64,000 nt of DNA from Candidatus Multivoradales bacterium. Lineage in GTDB: Bacteria; Acidobacteriota; Thermoanaerobaculia; Multivoradales; JAHEKO01. A program made the translations under genes and the position numbers. The notes below the pieces were generated by a model, which was not told the DNA's origin, ran no database searches, and worked only from the letters and a program-made list of their open reading frames with translations. The stretch is from positions 1,696,001-1,760,000 of the forward strand of contig CBDFIJ010000004.1 in assembly GCA_965248055.1 (NCBI GenBank), given 5' to 3'. Each line of letters opens with the position of its first letter. Position 1 is the first letter of the stretch. Below, piece after piece: positions 28,360 to 38,046 of the stretch.

Positions 28360-31300
28360 ATGAGCTATGCCAACCTTTGGACCAAGAGCAATTTCTCGTT
28401 TTTGGAAGGAGCGAGCCACCCCGAAGAGCTGATCGAAACCGCCGATCGCTTGGGGATTTCAGCGCTAGCTTTGACCGACCGCGACGGCGTCTATGGCGTG
28501 GTTGAAGCCCACACTGCGGCCCGGCGCCTTGGGATTCAACTCATTTTGGGCTCCGAGATCACCATCAGCGACAGCACCACTTTGGTGCTTCTGGCACAGA
28601 CCCAGGAAGGCTACGCCAACCTGTGCCGATTGATCTCCTCCGGTCGACTGCGTTGTGAAAAAGGATCGAGTCAAGTCGATTGGGGTGATGTCTGCGATCA
28701 CGCCAACGGATTGATCGGTCTCTGGGGTGGGGAAAGAAGTCTCTTGACCAGCAAGGTGAATCCCTTTTTCGTCGCCAACCGGTTGCGCGAAGCTTTCGAC
28801 GACCGACTCTATGCATTGGTTACTCGTCACCGACGGGTCGAGGAATCTGAGCAAGAACGGCTACTCCGACGCCGAGCCAAACGCTATCGCCTGCCACTGA
28901 TAGCCGGGGTCGAAGTTCTCTACCATCGTGCCAGTCGCAAACCATTGCAGGATGTCTTGACCGTTCTGCGTCACAAGACCACCTTGCCCCAGGCGGGTAG
29001 GCGGATCAAAGCCAACGCTGAACACGCGCTCGCCACCTTTCCGGCATTCCAAGACCTATTTACTGACGATCCTGCAGCCGTCGCCCGGACTTTAGAGGTT
29101 GCCCAACGATGCCCTTTTTCTCTCGGTGAAATCCGTTACCGCTATCCAGCAGAAGATCTCCCTGACGGGCAAACCAGTACCAGTTGGCTGCGGCACCTGA
29201 CCTTTGATGGCGCCAAGGGACGTTATCAGGGCGAGGTGCCGACAGCAGTCACCACCCAGCTCGACAAGGAATTGGCGTTGATCGAGGAACTGGATTACGG
29301 CGGCTACTTTTTGACCATGTGGGAGATCGTTCAGTTTTGTCGGCGCCAGGAAATTCTCTGCCAGGGGCGTGGTTCAGCCGCCAACTCGGCGGTTTGCTAT
29401 TGCCTGGGAATTACCGCGGTGGATCCGATTCGATTGGGGCTGCTGTTTGAGCGCTTCCTGTCGCGCGAACGAGCCGAGCCGCCCGACATTGACCTCGACA
29501 TCGAACACAACCGCCGCGAAAAGGTGATCCAGTTTGTCTACGCCAAGTACGGTCGAGAATACGCGGCGATGGTCGCCAATGTGGTGCGCTACCGCACCCG
29601 TTCGGCGGTCAGAGACGTCGGCAAAGCACTGGGGATTCCGGCAACCGAACTCGATCGACTGGCCAAGATCTTGCCCCATTACGGCGGGGTCGAAGCGGAT
29701 GCTTTTCGTCAATCGGGCTTCGATCCCCAAGCACCCACCTATGGCCATCTGTTGCGACTGACCCAAGAGATCCAAGACTTTCCCCGCCATCTGTCAATTC
29801 ATCCGGGAGGCTTCCTACTCGGCTATAAACCCGTGGCAACCCTGGTGCCGATTGAGAACGCCACCATGGAGAACCGCACCGTGATTCAGTGGGATAAGGA
29901 GTCTCTGGAAGAGCTGGGGTTGTTCAAAATCGATCTTTTGGGACTGGGGGCGTTGTATCAGTTGCACCTGGGTTTTGACCTGTTGCGCGAGGCCAAAGGT
30001 GAGCAATGGTCGATGGCCTCTATTCCATCTGATGACCCAGAAACCTTCGCCATGATCCAACAAGCTGACACTGTCGGCACCTTCCAGATCGAAAGTCGAG
30101 CACAGATGTCGATGCTGCCGCGCTTGAAGCCCAAGAACTACTACGACTTGGTGGTCGAGGTCTCGATCGTGCGACCGGGGCCGATCACCGGCGGCATGGT
30201 GCACCCTTATCTCAGGCGGCGTAACGGTGAAGAAGAGATCACCTATCCCCATCCATCTTTGGAGCCGGTCCTAAAAAAGACACTGGGCATACCACTGTTC
30301 CAGGAACAGGTGATCCGCTTAGCGATGGTGGCGGCCGACTACACCCCAGGTGAAGCGGATCAGTTACGCCGCGACATGGCTGCTTGGCGCCGCTCTGGAC
30401 GCATCGAACGTCATCGAGAACGGCTGATTCGGCGCATGACCGCCAAGGGCATCACCCTGGAATTTGCCGAGCGTGTTTTTGAGCAAATTCGCGGCTTTGG
30501 TGAGTATGGATTTCCGGAAAGTCACGCCGCCAGTTTCGCCCTAATCGCCTACGCCACCGCCTGGATGAAGTGTCACCACCCCGAGGTTTTTCTTTGCTCC
30601 ATCCTCAATGCCCAGCCGATGGGGTTTTACTCCCCAGCAACCTTGATTGAGGACGCCAAGCGTCATGGGGTTGAGGTCCTTCCTCTAGATGTTCTCTACA
30701 GCAAGTGGGACTGCACCCTGGAAGTCAACCCAGGAAAAGCGCATTCAGTGCGCATGGGAATGCGTTACGTCAAAGGTCTGCGCCAGGAGACTTGGCGGCA
30801 GGTTCAAGAGGTGGTTGATCAAAACCAACTTTTCGACTCTTTGGAGACTCTCATTCATGCAGCGGATCTGAATGAAGCCACCGTGGTTCGCCTCGCCAAG
30901 GCCGGAGCCTTTCAAACTTTGGAGAACCAAAGACGCTTAGCTCTTTGGCGGGGCCGGGGCGCCGCCCGCAGCGTGGTGATGGAGCTGCCCTTAATCGATC
31001 GTGAGCAGCCAGCTCAGCTGCAACCTTTGGATGCCTTCAGTGAAATCGGCTGGGACTATGCCACCAGTCGCCACAGCGCTCGGGGTCACCCGCTCAAGCC
31101 ATTACGCGGTGCTTTGGCCAAAGCCGGCTTGCCGCAGGCCAGTGATCTCAACCTCAAGGCGGACAAAGAACGGGTGCAATACGCCGGCATGGTGATTTGC
31201 CGCCAGCGTCCAGGGACCGCATCGGGGGTGTTGTTTATGACCCTGGAAGACGAATCCGGCTTCGTCAACGTTGTGGTCTGGGCCAAGACCTTTGAGCAAT

Positions 31301-31449
31301 TCGCCTTGTTGATCAAAACCACTTCTTTCCTGGGGGTTAAGGGACGACTACAAAAGCAAGATGGTGTAGTTCATCTGATTGCCGATGAATTCTGGCAACC
31401 GGATCTCGAGGCTCGCCCGGCCTCCGGCGGTAGCCATGATTTTCATTAG
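28360..31449 (+). CDS. dnaE2: Error-prone DNA polymerase DnaE2 (ImuC)
   Basis: SNFSFLEGASHPEEL, GRGSAANS, PDIDLD, GFPESHA, C-terminal SHDFH. Confidence 0.96.
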   Translation: MSYANLWTKSNFSFLEGASHPEELIETADRLGISALALTDRDGVYGVVEAHTAARRLGIQLILGSEITISDSTTLVLLAQTQEGYANLCRLISSGRLRCEKGSSQVDWGDVCDHANGLIGLWGGERSLLTSKVNPFFVANRLREAFDDRLYALVTRHRRVEESEQERLLRRRAKRYRLPLIAGVEVLYHRASRKPLQDVLTVLRHKTTLPQAGRRIKANAEHALATFPAFQDLFTDDPAAVARTLEVAQRCPFSLGEIRYRYPAEDLPDGQTSTSWLRHLTFDGAKGRYQGEVPTAVTTQLDKELALIEELDYGGYFLTMWEIVQFCRRQEILCQGRGSAANSAVCYCLGITAVDPIRLGLLFERFLSRERAEPPDIDLDIEHNRREKVIQFVYAKYGREYAAMVANVVRYRTRSAVRDVGKALGIPATELDRLAKILPHYGGVEADAFRQSGFDPQAPTYGHLLRLTQEIQDFPRHLSIHPGGFLLGYKPVATLVPIENATMENRTVIQWDKESLEELGLFKIDLLGLGALYQLHLGFDLLREAKGEQWSMASIPSDDPETFAMIQQADTVGTFQIESRAQMSMLPRLKPKNYYDLVVEVSIVRPGPITGGMVHPYLRRRNGEEEITYPHPSLEPVLKKTLGIPLFQEQVIRLAMVAADYTPGEADQLRRDMAAWRRSGRIERHRERLIRRMTAKGITLEFAERVFEQIRGFGEYGFPESHAASFALIAYATAWMKCHHPEVFLCSILNAQPMGFYSPATLIEDAKRHGVEVLPLDVLYSKWDCTLEVNPGKAHSVRMGMRYVKGLRQETWRQVQEVVDQNQLFDSLETLIHAADLNEATVVRLAKAGAFQTLENQRRLALWRGRGAARSVVMELPLIDREQPAQLQPLDAFSEIGWDYATSRHSARGHPLKPLRGALAKAGLPQASDLNLKADKERVQYAGMVICRQRPGTASGVLFMTLEDESGFVNVVVWAKTFEQFALLIKTTSFLGVKGRLQKQDGVVHLIADEFWQPDLEARPASGGSHDFH

Positions 31450-31519
31450 GGAACAGTAGTCAGTTGCCAGTGGGTAGTGAACTGGTCCGGAGATCGCAGC
31501 GAGGCCCGCCGCTCACCCA

Positions 31520-32575
31520 TCAGGGTGCCGGTTCGATCTTGCCCACCTTGATCTCGCCACTCAGCGTTGGCACGCCTCTCTGCATCACGAGCCTGAAAGA
31601 ACCTTCGCGCGCGCCGCGGTCGCCAATTTGCGCGCTATGAAATTCAGCTGAAATCTCTCCCGGGGCAAGTTCAATATCCTGTTCGTAGACCGGCTGAAAG
31701 AACAGGGTTCCGAGCGGCGGCCCGACCTGGAAAGCGTAGGTACTGGTGCCGACGCCAATCACCAGCGGCTCGGTGCCCAGATTGGTCAGTGCCACTTCGA
31801 GCACACGCCCATCGGTGTTGTCCGGTACGCGAAAATCGAAAGCAATAACTCCCCTTTGATAGGCCAAGGCAACGTTCAAACGCTTGGCCGCCGGTTGTGG
31901 CGAGGGGGCGGTTTGAGCCGGCGCTGATCGCGGCGTCTCCACCCCGGTACCAACTAGCATCGTCTCGAACGAATACTCTGCCGAATTCTGGCTGCGCGAG
32001 ACCGCCGACTCGTGGACCAGCCCGAAGGGTACTGCAGCACTCAAGCACAGTTCGCCACTGATGGTGCCCGGATTCGGCCCACCGAGGACCGCGTGAAACG
32101 CATACACGTCACATCCAATGCCGTCATGCACCGCACTCCCCTTCGCCTCAAACCCGCCCCCATACTCAGCCATCGACTCCCGCATAGCGGTCACCATCTG
32201 TTCCGGTTGCGGCATCGGCGGACGTCCGTCCATGACGAATGTCGCCCCTGACAGCGCCTTGCCGAAGCTCAGAAAGCGTCGCTTCCAGTCGAAGTCAGGC
32301 GACAGCGCAAAAATACTGGTTGAGCCTCCACCAGCACCAGGACCTTCCAGAAACTCGGTCACTATCTCGACCGCGAAGCCGCCAGTATGGTCGGTCATCC
32401 GTGTATAGGTCGCCATGGTCTCGCCACCGCTGGAGATCGAGGTTTGATATTTGGCCCAACTACCAGGGTTTGTTGCCTCGAAGTAGGGGTGCGGTAGGTC
32501 CTCAGCACCCGCAGTAGTACCCGCAGCAATGCCAAGCGAGAAGAACAAGATGGCGGTCAAGATCGTGGCTTTCAT
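31520..32575 (-). CDS. Hypothetical secreted protein
   Basis: Signal peptide MKATILTAIL..; WAKY, C.VY...LCLS.AVPFGLV; Pro-rich linker and a second domain. Confidence 0.65.
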   Translation of the reverse strand: MKATILTAILFFSLGIAAGTTAGAEDLPHPYFEATNPGSWAKYQTSISSGGETMATYTRMTDHTGGFAVEIVTEFLEGPGAGGGSTSIFALSPDFDWKRRFLSFGKALSGATFVMDGRPPMPQPEQMVTAMRESMAEYGGGFEAKGSAVHDGIGCDVYAFHAVLGGPNPGTISGELCLSAAVPFGLVHESAVSRSQNSAEYSFETMLVGTGVETPRSAPAQTAPSPQPAAKRLNVALAYQRGVIAFDFRVPDNTDGRVLEVALTNLGTEPLVIGVGTSTYAFQVGPPLGTLFFQPVYEQDIELAPGEISAEFHSAQIGDRGAREGSFRLVMQRGVPTLSGEIKVGKIEPAP

Positions 32576-32696
32576 GGTCCAAGGATAGTTGAAGTCAGGC
32601 GCTACAAAGTTTCTTGGCCCATACCAGTTTGACAAAGTCATCTTATATACTCTAAATTTCAGAGAACTCGCAAAACGCGAGCACAAGGAGTCAAGA

Positions 32697-33272
32697 ATGG
32701 AAACGTCTATTCCCCCAAGCCACGAACAGGTCGCCGACGACCTCAGCCACATTCGTCAGTCCATTGAGCGCTCGCGTTCTGGGACTCCTGCGCCGATCTA
32801 TGCCCTGTGGGGACTCATTAGCCTGGTGGGGTTTTCTTTGGTGGACTTTGCACCCGAGTGGGTCGGTCGCTTTTACTTGATTGCGGCGCCGCTCGGTTTT
32901 GTCGCCAGCATTTTTCTCGGGCGACGAGCGGCATTGCAATCCGGAGAGCGCAACCAGGGCTCAGGGCGCAAATACATGCTGCATTGGGGGTCTTTGCTGG
33001 CCGCCATCGCCATGACGCTACCGATGGTTTTTGCCGGCGACATCTCCTGGCCAGCGCTCGCCCGATTGTTCCTGATCTTTATCGCCCTGGTCTACTTCAT
33101 GGCTGGCTTGCACCTGGACCGCCGCATGTTGATTGTCAGCGGTTTGATCACCGTAGGCTATCTGGCACTTCTCTTTTCGCCTCCCTACGGCTGGACGTGG
33201 ACTGGCGTGGTTCTCGCCATTGGCTTCTGGGTACTGGCGGCAATGTCCTGGGAGAAACCGCACGTTGACTAA
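32697..33272 (+). CDS. Multi-pass membrane protein
   Basis: RBS AAGGAG; DDLSHIR..IE then about 6 TM helices; overlaps the following HTH gene. Confidence 0.75.
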   Translation: METSIPPSHEQVADDLSHIRQSIERSRSGTPAPIYALWGLISLVGFSLVDFAPEWVGRFYLIAAPLGFVASIFLGRRAALQSGERNQGSGRKYMLHWGSLLAAIAMTLPMVFAGDISWPALARLFLIFIALVYFMAGLHLDRRMLIVSGLITVGYLALLFSPPYGWTWTGVVLAIGFWVLAAMSWEKPHVD

Positions 33273-33621
33273 GCTACCGGGCGACTCTTCAACCGACCCA
33301 CCCAGCGAAACACTGTGGCAAGACCTGGGCGGGTTCAACCGGCTCTTGGAGCACCGCACCCGACTGGGGGTGTGCGTGCTGCTGGCGCGCAGAGACGAGA
33401 TCACCTTCAGTCGTCTGCGCGATCTGCTCGAAGAAACCGACGGCGCCATGGGTACTCACCTGCGCAAACTGGAGGAGGCCGGATTCACTGCGGTGCGCAA
33501 AGAATTTGTTGGACGACGACCGCAAAGTTGGTATCGCCTCACCAAGTCTGGGCGCACTCGTCTCACGCAACACTTAGACGCTCTTTCAAGCCTGGTCACC
33601 GGGATTGACCTCGGCACTTGA
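33265..33621 (+). CDS. Winged-helix transcriptional regulator (HTH_34/MarR-like)
   Basis: RLGVCVLL, FSRLRDLLEETDG.MGTHLRKLEEAG, RRPQSWYRLTKSG. Confidence 0.88.
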   Translation: MTKLPGDSSTDPPSETLWQDLGGFNRLLEHRTRLGVCVLLARRDEITFSRLRDLLEETDGAMGTHLRKLEEAGFTAVRKEFVGRRPQSWYRLTKSGRTRLTQHLDALSSLVTGIDLGT

Positions 33622-33655
33622 ATATCAACTCCGAAAAACCAAAAAAGGAATCAAA

Positions 33656-34219
33656 ATGACCAAGACAAGATTTTTCTCAATCTTCGCAGCTGTTTTCACT
33701 ACCGCGATCTCTCAACCGATGGCCGCACAACCCAATCCTGATATCAGCGCTCAACAGGAAGCCATGGCCGCCCTGTCGTTCATGGTCGGCACCTGGGAGG
33801 GTGAGGGTGAAATGCGGCGCGGACCCGAACCAGAATCAAGCCAGGTGCTCGAACAGGTGACGATGAAACTCGACGGTACGGCACTGCTGATCGAAGGCTT
33901 AGGCACTTACCTGTCTGAAGACGACGAAGTCAAAACCGCACACCAAGCGATTGGGCTGATTTGGTACAACGCTGCAGAGAATCGCTACCAGATGAAGGCT
34001 CTCACTCCGGGGCGCGAAACCGACGCCGATTTTGAGTTGACCGACAACGGAGTTGTTTGGGGTTTCTCCACACCCGGTGGAGAAGTTCGCTACACCGCTG
34101 AATTCACCGACGACATTTGGGCTGAGACCGGGCAATTTAGCCGTGATGGCGAAACTTGGACGCCGTTTTTCTCGATGCAGTTGCTGAAGGTAGGCGAGAT
34201 TGAAGAACCGTCGTCGTAG
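33656..34219 (+). CDS. Secreted DUF1579-like beta-barrel protein
   Basis: Signal peptide; MAALSFMVGTWEGEG, W.ETG.FSRDGETW..FF.M.L. Confidence 0.7.
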   Translation: MTKTRFFSIFAAVFTTAISQPMAAQPNPDISAQQEAMAALSFMVGTWEGEGEMRRGPEPESSQVLEQVTMKLDGTALLIEGLGTYLSEDDEVKTAHQAIGLIWYNAAENRYQMKALTPGRETDADFELTDNGVVWGFSTPGGEVRYTAEFTDDIWAETGQFSRDGETWTPFFSMQLLKVGEIEEPSS

Positions 34220-34253
34220 CTCTCAGTCCTCTGAGATTTTCAGCCTGAGTTGA

Positions 34254-34406
34254 AGTGAATCCGCACTCTGCCGACTCTATAGTCGAGATGATGATGCGCG
34301 GCGGCGTGAAATCGCGCGGCTGCTCGACATTGCTGAAAGCACCGTCAAATCGCGTCTTTACCATGCCCAAAGCCAATTGAAACAAACCTTGGAGGACCCA
34401 AATTGA
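34254..34406 (+). pseudogene. ECF sigma factor region-4 remnant
   Basis: Manual translation ...REIARLLDIAESTVKSRLYHAQSQLKQTLEDPN*; in-frame TGA at 34251, no start codon, no region 2. Confidence 0.75.
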
Positions 34407-34798
34407 ACCAAGAAGACAACAATTTGGATCGAATGATCCGCGAAGCAATGAACGAAGAAGAGGCCGCGTTTTATGACGCGCTCGACGAACCGTCAGTGCC
34501 ACAGATGGTCACCGAGGTTTTCAAAGGCCGCATGCGTTGGATCAATCGTGGGGCAGTGTTGATCGGCATCATCTACATGGTGCTCGGCGTGTGGAGCGCG
34601 CTCAAGATCATCGAAGTTGAGGACACCAAGCAATTGGTTTGGTGGACCGCCACCTTTTTCTTCAGCCTTGGTTCCATCTTCGCCATGAAGATCTGGTACT
34701 GGATGGAACTCAACCGCCACGCATTAACAAGGGAAGTCAAGCGACTGGAAATGCAGATCGTCAGTCTGCGGCGCCACCTGGAAAAACGACCCAGCTAG
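34403..34798 (+). CDS. DUF6768-like membrane protein (putative anti-sigma partner)
   Basis: LDRMIREA, 2 TM helices, KIWYWMELNRHALTREVKRLEMQI; TTGA overlap with the sigma remnant. Confidence 0.75.
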   Translation: MNQEDNNLDRMIREAMNEEEAAFYDALDEPSVPQMVTEVFKGRMRWINRGAVLIGIIYMVLGVWSALKIIEVEDTKQLVWWTATFFFSLGSIFAMKIWYWMELNRHALTREVKRLEMQIVSLRRHLEKRPS

Positions 34799-34811
34799 TG
34801 GCTACAGATTA

Positions 34812-35792
34812 TCAAGCGACACTTCCTTCGACGACCACTGCGCTGCCGTCTAGCTCTACCGTATGGCGGTACACGACCATATCCATGTGGACGGCGCACT
34901 CAACCGTACCACCGTAAAAGAGGTTATCTCCAATGGCTACATGAACATTGCCACGCGCCTTCTTCTCTTCTTCAAAATCGCCATTGCGACGGCAGCTCGA
35001 ATTGAGCCCTATTCCGATTTCAGCAATATTGTCAGCTTGTTCGATCCCAGTGACGATGTCTCGCAGCTCCTCGGCAGTACTGTCTTTACCTTCCACGGCT
35101 ACCACCCGGCCGTCCTTCACGAGTAGAGAAATAGCCTGTTTCGGCAATCCAAGGTGAGCAATCGGACCATCAATCACGAGTACTCCTTGCGTGGTCCCTT
35201 GCCTCGGCATCTGGGAAACCTCACCGTCGGAAAAGGCTGCTTCTTGTCCCGGCCGCGTGGCAAATCCACATTCGACAATCACCTCTTCACCGCCGATTTT
35301 CGCTTCTAGGTCAGTTCCAGAAGGAGACTGTATCCGAATACGATCAGCCTTTCGCCACACCTCTGCCAGCTTTTCACCATCGGCAAGTAGCGCTTCGTAG
35401 TCAGCTAAGGCACCGCCCGAAGTAAAGTTATTGAAATCGCGCATCACCATCGAGATGCTCCGCAGTTGCTCATCGTCAAGGAGACGTTTGACAACCTTGG
35501 CGTAGGTTGGAGCCCCTCCCGAACGAGTCAACCCAATAAGGCAGTCCGCTGCTTCGAGACCACGCTCAATCACAGGAGTTAGTTCATTCTTTCGAGAGGT
35601 GTCGCGTGAAGGCTGCTGCAAAATTGTGAACTCTGCTCCCAACGACTCGACGACGTCGGTGAGCGCCGCGACAATTCTCATCTCGCTTTCGCCATCGCAA
35701 ACAAGAGCAACTTGCTCACCAGCGCGCACCGCCAAAAGCTGTCGTACGACTAGTTCAGCACTCCGCTGTAGCGCCAACTCCGAGTAACCCAC
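34812..35792 (-). CDS. M29-like aminopeptidase / NicX-like metalloprotein
   Basis: GTDL, DGEV, G.LVIDG, IAEIGIGLN, EEEKK..G.VHVAIGDN, HMDMV. Confidence 0.8.
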   Translation of the reverse strand: MGYSELALQRSAELVVRQLLAVRAGEQVALVCDGESEMRIVAALTDVVESLGAEFTILQQPSRDTSRKNELTPVIERGLEAADCLIGLTRSGGAPTYAKVVKRLLDDEQLRSISMVMRDFNNFTSGGALADYEALLADGEKLAEVWRKADRIRIQSPSGTDLEAKIGGEEVIVECGFATRPGQEAAFSDGEVSQMPRQGTTQGVLVIDGPIAHLGLPKQAISLLVKDGRVVAVEGKDSTAEELRDIVTGIEQADNIAEIGIGLNSSCRRNGDFEEEKKARGNVHVAIGDNLFYGGTVECAVHMDMVVYRHTVELDGSAVVVEGSVA

Positions 35793-35804
35793 AAGTGTGT
35801 CCTC

Positions 35805-37040
35805 CTATTTCGCGCCAACAGAGGGGCTGGTCACGCCTTCGTTGCTTAGTTCCTCTATCTCCACTGCCGTACAGCCGAGAACTTCGGTCAGCACAGCCTC
35901 TGTATCAGCTCCCAGTAGAGGCGGTGCAGAACGTACCGCCGCCGGTGTATCTGAGAACTTGGCCACTGGCCCAACTAGATCAACTTTGCCCAACGTCGCA
36001 TGTTGTACGGACTGAATCATGCCCCTCGCTCGAACGTGTGGGTCTGCAAGAACCGCCGGAATATCGTTGATCGGGCCAACCGGAATCGAAGCGTCGGTCA
36101 GCATGTCGAGCCATTCGCTAGTCGGTCTAGTTTCGAACAAACGCTGTAGCTCCGGCACCAGCTCTTTGCGATGGGTGACGCGCTGACTGTTGGTTTGAAA
36201 TCGATCGTTGGCCCAAAGATCAGGACGGTCAACGGTTCGACAAAATCGCTCGAATTGCTCGCTGGTACCAATCGCCAGGGCCAGTTGGCCGTCAGCAGTC
36301 GAGAACGTCTCATAGGGAACAATATTGGGGTGTGCGTTGCCATGTCGTATCGGAGGCTCGCCCGTAGCTAGGTAGTTTTGAGCCACATTCGCCAACCAAG
36401 CGATTTGAGCGTCAAGCAATGCAACGTCGATATGTTGCCCAGTACCCGTCGTATTGCGAGACTGTAGAGCCGCAAGGATCGCGGTCGCAGCGAATAATCC
36501 AGCCGAAACATCGACGATCGCAACCCCAACTTTATGCGGCTCTCCGTCGCTGGGCCCGGTGATCGACATCAGGCCTCCTTGTGCTTGGATCATGAAATCG
36601 TATCCTGGCCGGTGACGATAGGGACCGGTCTGGCCATAACCACTTATCGAGCAGTAAACGAGTCCCGGGTTCTCGGCTTCTAGCGTCGCATAGCCGAGAC
36701 CTAGCCGCTCGGCTGTGCCCGGCTTAAAGTTCTCGATCAGCACGTCGCTCTTCTGGGCCAACCTCTGCGCGAGTTCGAGGCCTTTCGGCTTTGTCAGGTC
36801 AAGCTCGATACTTTTCTTATTGCGGTTGACACTCAAGAAATACGCACTCTCTGTTTCAACCCATGGAGGCCCCCACTGGCGCGTGCCGTCGCCCTCCCCC
36901 GGGCGTTCCACTTTGATTACTTCAGCACCGTAGTCAGACAAGACCATGGAGCAATAGGGACCGGCAAGAATCCGAGAAAGATCCAAGATGCGAATACCCG
37001 CCAGCGCGCCTTCAGGGCTCAATCCCTTCGCTTTGGTCAC
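35805..37040 (-). CDS. CaiB/BaiF family III CoA-transferase
   Basis: LAGIRILDLSRILAGP, NRNKKS, ENFKPG, GYDFMIQA. Confidence 0.93.
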   Translation of the reverse strand: MTKAKGLSPEGALAGIRILDLSRILAGPYCSMVLSDYGAEVIKVERPGEGDGTRQWGPPWVETESAYFLSVNRNKKSIELDLTKPKGLELAQRLAQKSDVLIENFKPGTAERLGLGYATLEAENPGLVYCSISGYGQTGPYRHRPGYDFMIQAQGGLMSITGPSDGEPHKVGVAIVDVSAGLFAATAILAALQSRNTTGTGQHIDVALLDAQIAWLANVAQNYLATGEPPIRHGNAHPNIVPYETFSTADGQLALAIGTSEQFERFCRTVDRPDLWANDRFQTNSQRVTHRKELVPELQRLFETRPTSEWLDMLTDASIPVGPINDIPAVLADPHVRARGMIQSVQHATLGKVDLVGPVAKFSDTPAAVRSAPPLLGADTEAVLTEVLGCTAVEIEELSNEGVTSPSVGAK

Positions 37041-37858
37041 CCATCCACCTCCCCAGAAAACCCCATCGTCCGCGAGATCTCACCGGCTGCTTCCTGCACC
37101 TGGGGCGCCAGCTCTTTCACCAGCCGTTGTCGAGAGATCGTACGCACGCTGCCGGTAGCATTGATCGCCGCAACCACCTGTTGGTCGTGGTCGCGAATCG
37201 GTGCAGCGACAGCGCGCAAGCCAATCTCCAGCTCTTGATCGTTGAGAGCGTAGCCACAACGACGGATTCGAACAAACTCTCGGTGCAACGCAGATATCTC
37301 TACGATGCTGCGTGAGGTGCACGGAACAAGGGTTTTCTCGTTCAGAAGCGTGGCAAGTTCCACTTCTGGTAAGTGGGCCAAAATCGCCTTACCCATCGAA
37401 GCACAGTGGGCCGGAATGCGGGAACCGAGTCCTAGGACGACGCCAACGATCGCGCGGTTGCGAACCCGATCAATGTAAACAATCTCCCGCCCATCGAGCA
37501 AACTTAAGCTCACGGTTTGCCCGGTTGTTTTGGCGAGACGCTCAAGATACGGGCGAGAAATTTCTCGGATTCCAAGATTGGAGAGTGCGGCGAACCCCAG
37601 CTTGAGAACCTTGAGGCCCGGACGATAGCGCTGGGTGTCCGCGTGCCGAATCAAGTATCCCGCGTCCTCCAAGGTTCTGACAATCCGGAAAGTTGTCGAC
37701 TTGCTTAGACCGGTTAGCCTGACCAGATCGGTCAACGACAGATCACCTGCCATTTCGTCGAATTGAGACAGCACCGCAAGCCCACGGGACAAAGCTTCAA
37801 CGTGATAACTCCGCGGCGGCGGCGCATTCGGAACAGATGAGGATGGCTGTTGTTTCAT
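37037..37858 (-). CDS. IclR-family regulator (PcaR-like)
   Basis: ALSRGLAVL, SKSTTFR, HCASMGKAIL, GYALNDQELEIGLRAVAAPI. Confidence 0.93.
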   Translation of the reverse strand: MKQQPSSSVPNAPPPRSYHVEALSRGLAVLSQFDEMAGDLSLTDLVRLTGLSKSTTFRIVRTLEDAGYLIRHADTQRYRPGLKVLKLGFAALSNLGIREISRPYLERLAKTTGQTVSLSLLDGREIVYIDRVRNRAIVGVVLGLGSRIPAHCASMGKAILAHLPEVELATLLNEKTLVPCTSRSIVEISALHREFVRIRRCGYALNDQELEIGLRAVAAPIRDHDQQVVAAINATGSVRTISRQRLVKELAPQVQEAAGEISRTMGFSGEVDG

Positions 37859-38046
37859 CTGATGAAACTTTGTATTGCGCTCTGAGACCGCATGCTACAC
37901 TTTTTGCGTAACAAGGTGTGTCGAGTCCTCTGCACTGACTCGACAGTACAAAAGGCATCACGCCTTCGCGTCGCTTTCGTATAGTGAGTCAGTCTGGTGC
38001 TGACGCGGCGATGCCAAACAAAGAACGACCGATGGGAGAACGACTG

